DNA of 64,000 nucleotides from Eutreptiella sp. 'Long Island Sound 2002' (Eukaryota; Protista; Euglenida): NCBI GenBank assembly GCA_964036045.1, contig OZ038379.1, positions 4,836,001 to 4,900,000 of the forward strand, read 5' to 3'. Shown piece by piece: positions 50,501 to 61,700 of this stretch (position 1 is its first letter; each line of letters starts with the position of its first letter). The notes under the pieces were generated by a model. It saw only the letters and a program-made list of their open reading frames with translations, ran no database searches and was not told where the DNA came from. The position numbers and the translations under genes were made by a program.

Positions 50501-51473
50501 GGGGGGGGGGGCACTTAACAACTCAGCACCACCAGCAGCGCCTTGGGCACGTTCTGTTTTTAGCTGCTGACAGGGATTTTCCGTCTGGGTTTCCTTTTAT
50601 CCATCATTTCCCCAGAATTCCCTCGTCAAAAATTCAGGACCACCCGGAGGACGGGGGAGGTTTTGGGCGGTGGGGGGGCTGCCATCAGAGCAAGGCTAGC
50701 GCAAGAAGGATGGGCCGGTGGAGACTGCTTTCCCAAACCTGCTGCTCAGGCGCAACTGACGGTCCTCCAGAACAACGACTACAAGTTCCACACGGTGTTC
50801 CTGAATCCGGGGGCCAACAAGAAGCAGTTGCTGGACGTCCTGTCCCGGCGGCAGTGGCGCTTCCCGTTCCATCTCAAGATCCATCACTGCGACGCCAAGA
50901 GCGTGGCCAACCACTTGGCCAAGCTTGGGAAGCGCTCCTGCATCCTCATCCCTGCGGACTTCCTGGCGGTGTTGCAGGTGCGCGTGCGTGCGTGCGTGCG
51001 TGCTCGCCAGTGGGCGGAGATAACTTGGTGACCCCAAGTCATAGTTAAGCCCTGAGCAACGGTCACTGTCTGCGCCATCTGCGATGTATCATGGGATCTG
51101 ATCTGCTCACAGATCCCTGCACGGATGCTGCATGACCACGGTCTACACATGTTGTTGGTTCTTCGGTGCTCGCAGTGCGTGTGGGTGTGTGTGGGTGTGT
51201 GCACGCGCCGGGTTCCTGGTGAAGAGAGGGAGAGGGCAGGGACAGGACTGGACCCGCCTCGTACTGAGTTTGCAGGGCCTTACACTCTGTTTGCTTTGCA
51301 GGCGGCACCGAGGGCTTGCCCAGGGACTGCACGCGAGCTGCTGGCCCTGCTGTTCTTCACACAGAAAGGCGCCTCGTGTCGTGTTTCAACATGCCTGTGT
51401 GTGTTGACACCGTCCCTGACGAGAGCAAGTCTATTCAGGCTGCACTACTCTGTGCCCTGTTTGTCACGTCCAT

Positions 51474-51560
<87 letters not shown>

Positions 51561-52683
51561 TTACCCGGCACTTCAGGAGCACGTCCGACTCCTGGTGTGT
51601 CCCTCCGCACTGTCACCATGCAACGCTGTCACAGAGTGATGTTTACCGACAGGGTTGCCCAGCAACAGCAACAGCAATCCACTCACAATCCACTCACAGC
51701 CACACACCACTACACCACCACACAGGCACCCATTGCCGCCCGACATACTAAACTGCGCAAGAGGCATGGACTGGTCCAGTTGTCAACAGTATCGGCTCGT
51801 ACGCCAGCTTCGGAGGTTCGATCCCTCCTGTCGTCAATACACTCCACCGCCCCCTACAGCAGCTCGCTACGCCACCGGCACTGCCGGCCGCGGTAGGTGC
51901 GCCTCGCCGTTTTTTGGCCTGCCCCCCCCCCCATACCGAAAAAATACACACCACTGCCCCCTGCAGTAGTGCGCTCCGCGACTTGCTCCATCAGCCGCTC
52001 GCGGAAGCTGCGCCTTCGCTGCGTTTTTCTCTTCGGCGGAGGGGCCATGTAGGCAGCGAGAATCGAAGCGGCGCCTTCACGGCACCAGCCCGGTGACTCA
52101 ACCACTGACATAGCACCCACCAGAAGACAACACATGCACACAGCCACAGTTCAGCGCCCCACATAATAACCCAGATCGTCCCTCTGGCCTTCGTGGCTGT
52201 TGACGGGGCAGGACGGGTACAACCACTGACATAGCACCCACAAAAACAACAGCACACACAGTGGGAGGATTGTGTGTGTGTGGGCCAGCGGCTACGCTGG
52301 TCTCCTGACCTGTTTGCTCTCCTGCCATCCTTATACCTGTTCCTCCCTTGCCATCCCTCCTATACCTGTGCGTATGAATTCTAACCCTCCCCCCCCCCAA
52401 GGACTTGCGCGCGAAGCATCAACAGGGTTCCCTGAGCATGAAAGGACTGCTGCGACGTCCAGTGTCATTCTCCTCCCCTCCCAGGTCAGTGATACATGAT
52501 CAGGGTCCTGTTTCCCGTATCACCGCAGAAAGGCGCCTAGCCTTATGACTTCATGACAGCTTCAATGCTTTGCCCTGCTTTGTGCTGTTTTGATTGCTCA
52601 CTGGCCTGACGAGGTGTTCTGGGTGCCATCCGATCCGCAGTGCTCGTGCTAAGCAACAGTGGTCTTATGGTTTGGTTCCTGCA

Positions 52684-52753
<70 letters not shown>

Positions 52754-55700
52754 CGTGTGCGGGCGGGCGGGCGGGCGGGCGGGCGGGCGGGCGGGCGGGT
52801 GGGTGGGTGTGGGTGGGTGGGTGTGGGTGGGTGTGGGTGTGGGTGGTTGTGTGTGTGTGTGTGTGTGTGTGCACAATGCAGGGTAAGAGGCCTGGAGTGG
52901 TCCAGTGGTCAGAAACATAGACTCGTGAGCCTATAGCGGAGGTTCGATCCCTCCTGTCGTCATAAACGCACCACCGCCCCCTACAACAGCACACGCGGCA
53001 ACCGGGTCTACCGGCAGCGGGAGGTGCGCCTCGCTATTTTTTCATTCGCCCCCAACCCCCGACACAAGCCACAAAAACGCACCACCGCCCCCTCCGGCAG
53101 CGCACGGCTTACGGGTCTTGAAGCCCGGCAGCGTGGGGAGGGGGGCGCATTCACTGCAGCCGGGCACCTGCAGTCGTTTCTTCGGCAGTGCAGCCACGCG
53201 CACAGCAGGAATCGAACCGGCCCCTCCACGGCACGAGCCCGGTGATTCAACCGCTGGGGTAGCACACACCACAGCCACATACACGAGCGTGCACGCATAC
53301 CAACACAGGCACGATATAGGACACTCCAGCAAAACGAAGTGTGTGTGTGCATGTGTGTTTGTGTGTGTGCCTGGGTGGTTACACCCATGGCCAGCGAAGG
53401 TGAGGCCAGCTGTGCGTGCATGCGTGTTCTGCTGTTTTTGCGACCGGACCCTTGGTGCAGCGACTTACCCCTCCGTGATGATGGCGATGTCAGTGAGACG
53501 TCACACCAAGGTGCTCGCCATTGGAGAGGGATGACTCGGGCAAACCCGAGTGGGAGTGAGTCCCGAGCACCGGTCATCTGCAATGCTGTTGTCTGTTCCT
53601 GTTGCTCTCTTGTGTGAACGTGTGTCTGTGATTCCAACTTACAGCACCACAGCTGTCAGTCGCCTGCTCGTCTGAGGGCCAGCATTTTTTGCTCCTCTGA
53701 TGAGGATGCTGGAGACTTGTACCCACAGTGCCTCCCGGTGCATTTGTATCCACATTGGGTATCTATTGGTTCTTGTTCCCTTCACTGAGCACCGGTCATC
53801 TGCAATGCTGTTGTCTGTTCCTGCTGCTCTCTTGTGTGAACGTGTGTCTGTGATTCCGACTTACATGTGATTCCGACTTACAGCACCACAGCTGTCAGTC
53901 GCCTGCTCGTCTGAGGGCCAGCATTTTTTGCTCCTCTGATGAGGATGCTGGAGACTTGTACCCACAGTGCCTCCCGGTGCATTTGTATCCACATTGGGTA
54001 TCTGTTGGTTCTTGTTCCCTTCACTATCACTAAGTGTGTGTGTGTGTGTGTGTTTGCGTGCGCGCACAACCGGCTGCCGCTGTGCGCAGTGTGTTGCGTC
54101 AGGAGTGGGGGACCCCTTTACCCTTCCACAGGGCCGTCCGTAAGAATCCAACAATTTTTTCGCCCCCTTGAAGACAGAGCGCACACCGCCCTCAATCCCC
54201 AGTCGGCGCCACGGCTGTCCGTCAACCGCCCATTGATATCCACGCCAGTGCACGAGGGGGGCAGTCAGGCCACCCCCCCCCCCCCCAATCCCCTGTGTGG
54301 ACCCGACACGGAGCAGTGAAACAGGGACAGTCCGGGGGCTCCGTTGGCACAACCTCCCGAGGGCAAGGAAGGGTGTGGAGGGAGGTAAGGACAGGCCAGG
54401 CAGGGGGAGGGAGAGTACAAGGTGGTGGGAAGCCAATGGGCGCCGCCACCTACCGAGGGAAAGGGGTCAAGGGAAGGGCAAGGGTAAGTGGCGAGAGGCC
54501 AATAGGCGCCGCCCGCTGCAGACAGCAACACCACCGGGCGTCATGCCACCCCCCCCACCCTCTGTTAACACATGGGCGCACCATGCGGCACCCCACGCCC
54601 CTTGCGCTGCCGCAGGGCTTCGTGGGCGCGTGGTGGGAGTGCGGGTACAACGAGCGGTACAGCGGCGAGTCCCACATTGTGTCCACTTCCACCGCCATCC
54701 TCGCGCGGAAGAACATCTGCGACGTGTGGTCGGGGCACGTGCCCGGGGGCATCAAGACTATCCAGTCGCACGGGGTGGCCACCAGCTCCGGCAGCATCGT
54801 CCCGGTGTGCAGCTACGTGTACCAGCCCCCGCAGCGCGACCAGCCCATCCTCATGACCTTCGCGCAGATTGTGTTCATGGACTTCCCGCAGTGGTGGGGC
54901 GCCGACGCCGGGGACGCGGAGCCGGAGAGCACGCGGACCGTCACGGAGATGATCCGGCGGTCGCAGTTTGGCGCCATCGACGTGCAGGTGCGCACGTGGA
55001 GTGCGGGTCCGTGATCCAGGGCCGCGGGGCGGGTCGAGGACGGATTTGTGGGGGTGGGGGATGTGGATGCGACCGGCCATGACGTTCCCGTAGCACGTGC
55101 CTTGGCGCGTCAACGTGTTGACGCGCAGAGGCGCTCGTTATGGTGACGTCATGACGCTGTGGGGGGAATATGTGCCCTCCCTGCCCCCGCCCCCCCCCCC
55201 CCCGCGCACATGGCAAGTGATTTTACAATGGGGACAGATGTGACAAGGGTGTGCATGGGGGGGCATGTGCCCACATCATTTGTGGCGGAGAGCACGCTCC
55301 GAGTTTCACAATTCTGGGTGCGAGTGAGTGTGAAGCCCCTGTCAGCGCTGGCAGGGGGGTGCACGCTCCGGGGGCAGAACACCGCAATCTCGGCAGGGAC
55401 GCCTCCAATTTGAACATGGGGGGAGGGGGCTACCCCATCCCGGCCGCAGGAGGGGGGGGGTCTGTGCAGGGGGGGGGGGGGGGGTGAGGGTGTAACTGGG
55501 TGGGTTTGTTTTGGGGGTATGGGGCCGAAACCTGGGCCCCGGAAAAACCTCACACGATATTCTCCTCAAATTGATCGATGTCTTGTGCTGTGTATGCTGC
55601 ACGTCGTGTTACATTTGTTTTTGGCTGTAATGGCGCGTACAAACCAAACCGTGTTGCCGAGTACCGGACAAAAAGGGGTACTCGCCTTTACAGCAAAAAC

Positions 55701-58700
55701 AAATCACTCGACTTACAACGGAAAACAATTGGTACTTTCAAGCAAAGAAACCCAAGTTGCTTGCCTTTGCAGAGAAAAAAACTCTCGCCATCCGATTTTT
55801 GGTACTCGACGTATCCCGCCCCCCCCCCCCTGTTGCACTAATCAATTTGAGGTAGATATTGTGGACGGGGAATTTTTTTCCCTGCCATTTTCAGCCGCCG
55901 GACCTCAACGCACACCCATCCCGTCCTGCCCCATTGCGGGGAGAGAGAAGGTCTCGTAGTTCAGCGGTCATGCACATGACGCCTGAACTAAAGGTGCTCG
56001 GTTCGAAACCCGGTGGAGGCCGAACACGGTGTCCTAGGCGCTAGGGTGTCGGTGACCCCGCGAGCCGGATGGGATGCTGCGAGGGACAGGTAGGGATCAC
56101 TGATACGCTGGAGTTCGGAGATCGCCCGAGCAACTTACCTTTACCTTTACCCATTGCGGGAGGGGGGGGGGGACGGGATGCATACTCAAGATGCAGGACG
56201 AAATTCCCACTTCCGCCCACAAACCGCCCTTCAAACCGCCCTTCCTCACCACTTCCCCCTCCCCCCACCAAATACCCTCGGTACCCAAAAACGGGGTGCA
56301 CAAAAATCGTGGCACCGATCGTATTGCACCGCAACCCCTCGGCCTTTGTGGACCCCCTCGGCCGTACACCACCAGAATCGCGTCAGGGACGAGGCCATGG
56401 GTCTGCGTTGCACAACTTCTCACGGATGGCGCGCACATCCGCGCGGATCGCCGCCCTCGTATCCCCAAGACCCGTCTGCACGGCACGGCAGCCAATCAGG
56501 CCTCCGCCGCAAAGCCCCCGCACCCCCGCGCCCGCAGGTCGTCGACACGCAGTTCTTCACCCAAAAGATCGCGGAGCTCGACAAGGAGCACGCGGCCGAG
56601 GCGCAGACCAACCCCACCGTGTACTCCATGGGGCTGCGCGAGGAGATCTTCCTCAAGCTCACGTCGCTCCTCGCGGGGCTCGACGACCTCAACGCCGTCG
56701 TCATCCGCCTCGACTTCCAGAACCTGAAGACGTACTCCCGGCAGCTCGCGCTGCTCATCGCGGCGCTGCTGGACCTGCGCTCCAAGAGCCTCTTCTACGG
56801 GGCCATCATGTGCGCGTGCGTCGAGTCCCCCAACCTGAACCCCACCGCCATCCGCCACGCGATGTCGCTGGGGGCCGACTGGGTGTTCATATACCCGGAC
56901 CTCCACCAGGGGGACCAGGGGGACTCGTCGTACCCGGTGCAGCAGACCTTCGACACGTTCATGCAGGTCCCCATGCAAGCCCCCCCCCCCCCACCCCTCT
57001 CATCCCGATGGGCCCATAGCATGTCCCCCACACCCTGTCCACCACCCTCCACTCAGCCACGCCGGTACACTTTGCTGTGCCGGGTACCGGATACTTAGTT
57101 TTGTAGAGGGAACTAATCGGAAGGTCTGCAGCCTCCCGAAAAATGGGGGAAATGGGATGGGGGAACATGGTTATGTCGTCGCATTTTTGTTCCATTGCCC
57201 CCCCCGTTTTTCGCCATTGTTCTGCCAGATTGTTCATACAATTTCTATCGTGACACTATGTTGATCCTCCATTTCCCCCATTTCCCCCCAGTTCCCCCCA
57301 TTTCCCCCCATCTTTCCCCATTTCCCCATCTTTCCCATTTTTCAAAGGCATCTTCGGGGACTTGGTGACTCCGGATTCGGTACCTAGGAGCCTTGGAGAG
57401 GGGCGTTGAGGGGGCCAGGGGCGTGGGCATGGGACAGTGATCAGGGGCATGGGCATGGCCTATGGCTGACAGCAGGACCCTTTCAGGGCGGTCTGCCATC
57501 CCCAACAAAAGATAGGAACAACTGTTGACCGCGCGGTGCGAACCTCCCGTCGGTTGAGCGGGGGAGAGCACAGGAAAGATGGCCCCATGACCCAGGGTCG
57601 AATCCACAGACTGGATGACCTCGTGGACCGACGCGCGAATGAGGCCGAGAGGAAGGATGGCTGTTGGCCACAGAGGGACGCCTCAGATTTTGTAGTGGGG
57701 AGAATGAGATTTGCTGAAGGAGGAGTTTTGATTTGGGCCATTTTTGGTGCACAAACTTTGGGTTCCGCACCCCCTCCTCCCCCCTCTCCTCTCTTCTCCT
57801 TCCAATTCCTGCATGGCCGAGAGCCCTGACCTCCCGTGGAAGCATGCAGTGAGGGTGAAGGTTTGCAACGGAGGTTTGACATTGCCGTCGGGGGGGGGGG
57901 GGGGGGGGGGTGTTCCAGCCCATTGAGGTAGGGCTTGATGGTGATGTATGGGTGTGGACAGAACTTGAGGGGGGGGGGGGAAGCTTTGCATTGGGCCTGA
58001 GTTGAGACCTTGGCGACACCGCTCCACCCAGCCACATCACTGATCAGGGGCGAATCCACAGGGAAAAGCATGCAAAATGTGTCCAGCCCTAGGTAGCTAT
58101 GCTCCAGAATGGTCAAAGGTCACAAAACCATTGCCTTCTGTGCTCAGCCCGGCGGCCACGTCTGGTCGCTATCTCTCTCCCGGCCCAGATCTGCCGTTGC
58201 AGAGGGTGACCCGGGTTGACGAAGGAGTCCTAAACCGATTCTGGTGGGCGCAGCACATGGCAGAGGCCGCTTAAGGGGGCAGGGTGAGGGGGCCACAATT
58301 GTGCAGATGCCTCGGCTCAGGGTTTGCCTCGTGCTTGGCCTACCCTCCGGGTGTGGGGGGGGGGGTGGGGTGTCTGTCTTTTGGGGTTTCCCGTGCCGGG
58401 CGATGGTGTGCCGGAGTCCGTCGTGTTGGACATGCACGTGTGCAGAGGTGAGGGGGGAGGCCAGGAGGCCGGATTGGTGGGTGAAAGATTCTACTGAGGG
58501 GGCAACGGGGGGGGGGGGTCGTTGAAGGCCCCCCACAAATGGGGCCGCTGTGACCGCAGGCCTGTTTTGACTCAGAAAACCAACTCGAGATTGGGCTGTG
58601 AAGCGACCCGGACGGACAGTGTTGTTCAAACGAAACCCCCCAGGGTCACGGGAGCGCTTCTTTGGGGGGGGGGGGGGCGGAGAGTGAACTTTTCCCATGC

Positions 58701-61700
58701 CGGATGGGCATGAGCTGTAAGTAGGTGAGCCTGATGCGTCCAGAGGGTCCTTGGCAAGGCAGAGGCACCTCGCTGCAACAGGGCCCACCCTCGGCGGGTC
58801 TGGGGCACAGCCGAGTACCCCCGCCGCCTCGTCTCCAGGGCTTCTTTTGAGCAGGGGGGGGGGGAAGGGGGGGAGGGGGTTTTGGACCCAAAACTTGGTG
58901 TACCAAAAATGGCCTGACCAGATTTTCCCGATTGTAAATTTCGTTTTTTCCCGCGATGGTCACTTTGGTCTGGGGGAGGGGGGGGAGGGGGTTTTGGGGG
59001 AGGGGTCCCCCCCCCCTTTGTTTTTAATTATTCTAAAGAAGCCTGCCCATCTCGCTCCGCAGGACATCTCGCGGCTCCAGCGGTACTCCCCGGCGCTGAT
59101 CCGCGCCATCTACGACCAGCGCGTGCCCACGGTCCGCAAGCTGCTCGCGAACGGGGCGGACCCGAACCACATCTCCCCCACGACGGGCCCGTGGGGGGCG
59201 ATGCACTGGGTCGAGTCCGGGGTATCTGAAGGAGCGGCGCGGCTCCAGTACCAGATCCGGCAGGAGCTCAAAGTACCACGACGCCGACTTTAGGTCGGAT
59301 CAAGACGAAGTTCCCGCGGTGCGGCGTGGCGCGCGGCAGCGTCGGGAAGGAGATGAAGGACACCCCCGACAGCGCCCGCAGCGACGCCGGGGCCGCGGGG
59401 GCGCGCCCGCGCGGAAGAAGCGGAACCGGGGCCACCGGCTGTGGGGCCTGTGGGTGACGCTGAGCCACCAGAAGCGCACGCCGGACATGGCGCGGCGGCC
59501 GTCGCGGCGGCAGGGCAGGCCCTGAGCCCCAAGAACACGGCGCGCCGGCGTCGCGCGCGGCGGCCGCGGAGTTCTGGTGGGACAGCGAGGGGCCGTCGGA
59601 GGACGTGGAGCCGGGTGGACCTGGAGCGCAGCCCCGTGTCCCGCATCCGCTGGACGATGATAAACCATTACTCGCTGGACATGTGGCAGGTACAGGGGGG
59701 GGGGGGGGTGAGGGGGGGGCGTCTGGGCGAAGGAAGTGTGCCGGTTGGCATTTCCGGATGTGTGCACTTCTGCGGTTTGGGGGAGGGCGTTGGGGGCGGG
59801 GGGCGACGGGTCCATAGAGCCTTCAAAAGGGGGGATGGGGGCCCGGGCCGGGCTCAAACGATCGGAACGGTCACCCTGTGCCCTGTTTGGGCGGGTAGGA
59901 CAGGGGGGTCTTGGACGTCACCACTGGCCCATGGGGGGGGGGTGTCACATCTGCTGACAGGAGGGGGGTGGGGGTGGATGGAGGTGTAGGCTGGCGGGGG
60001 GGCACGGGGGGGGCGCCCTGGGACACAGGCACTGCGGCTCTGCTGCTGACTGTCCCGACCGGCTGGGCTTCTTGACACAATCGAGATTTCTGGGGGCCCC
60101 ACGATGACTGGTGGGTGGTCTTGAGCAGGGCTTGGGTCATCATTTGGGGACATCTAAACCCGTGGGGAGCCGTGTAGCACCGATTATGGGCCCACCTATC
60201 GGGCGCCTATAAGAGGGCCCATGTCAGCCCATACGAGAGGTGGATGGGCAGAACTCTAGGGTCACTTGGTGGTGCATTGCTGGGGGCCATCTTCTGCGAG
60301 GTGGACGTGGCCGAGGGCCACAGGATCTCCATCTGAAACCAGCAAACCGTTGTGCACCTGCAGCAGCCGGTGCTTCCTTTTCAGTTGTGATGGGCGGCTC
60401 CGCTGAAAATGTTGGTGGTTTGTGCCGCATGCGTTGGCTGGTGTGTGTTGATGGTTTGGGCCCCTGCCAGCCCGCGCAGCACCGCCGCTTGTGCCGGTTG
60501 CACTGCACGCGGCCCTTAGGCTGTACTGCTCAGCCTCACCGCCGACCACGCGGAGGATCCCCTGCACAGAAATCGCACCGTGTAGGCCTCGCTGTCCGGC
60601 CAATTGAATAAATGAATTATTCAAATGATATCAGTTGCGTGTGTCAAAGAGGGGGCTGCACCGCCGGGCTTCGGTCCTGTCCACAACACAAGTCCGGGGG
60701 GAAGATCCCACAGACCAGTCACTGGCCGCCGCCACCTTCATCCGCTCCATAGCCCCACGGGCCTGTGCCACACCCGCACGGGCTGTGGCATGTCTGACAC
60801 GTGCCCCCCCCCCCCCCCCATTGCAGAACCTGCTGCTCCCCAGGGGCGTGGGGGGGGGGGGCTCTGGAGGGGGGGGGGTCAGGGGCCACAACCCCCACGC
60901 TACCAGGGGCCTTCCTGTGTCCCATGAAGGGCCCCCACACCCACCGAACGGAGCGTTCCCCCACACAGCCATGGGACATGTGCGTCACGTCGGCAGTGTG
61001 GACCGGTCCAGGCGAGCACCCCCTGCAACTACTTGCCCCCGGTCGGGGTGCATGTAAGGGCCGAGTGGCACTGTGCTGCAGGAGGCTGAACACAGGGTCC
61101 CTCGTCTCCCAGGCCGCCGCCCAGTGACGCTCGGAGCGGCGAATTGGGGCATAATAAATGCATGGGAGGGGCAAGAAGTGGCCGGAGGGCACGCAGCATC
61201 CCCGAAATACCATCCCCAGCCCCAAAGTCACAGAAAATCCCTTGATCTTCACGGACCACCAGAATGTCCGAAACCTGCGCAAACACCATCACATGCTGTT
61301 CTGACACGGGCGTTGTTCTCGCACAGGGGGATGGGGGACCTTTTGTGTCGCGAACAGCGGAAAGGAAGGATGACCTGTGCATGGGACACCCACAAGTGGA
61401 CACTGGCTGTGCAGCTGGAGGCACCTCGTGGTCCCGCCATCCAGTGGCCCCTGGATCTCCGGAGTGCAGAGTGCCAGAGCAGACGGAGGAACAGCACGGA
61501 GGGACAGTGTGGAGTGCCGGTTGGGAGTGACAGAGTGACAGGAGTGCAGACGTGACAAGGATGGAATGCCCCCGCCTTCACTGGTTGGGGCATGTTCTTC
61601 TCTGCGTGTCCCACTGCCTGCGTCTTCTGAGGGGGCGTACCGTGCGCTGTGCGAAAAGTTGGCTGTTCTCCACCACCGGGGGTTCGGTAAGTTCAGAAGA

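Noticed and set aside
53690-53730. Hammerhead ribozyme (CTGATGA core in a tandem unit); also checked at about 1587, 4865, 9675, 10003 and 23211
   Set aside because: No stem II followed by GAAA and no stem III/UH cleavage site at any of these positions.
60262-60345. Minus-strand mini-exon [22 protein letters not shown]
   Set aside because: Isolated, with no compatible partner exons or recognisable homology.
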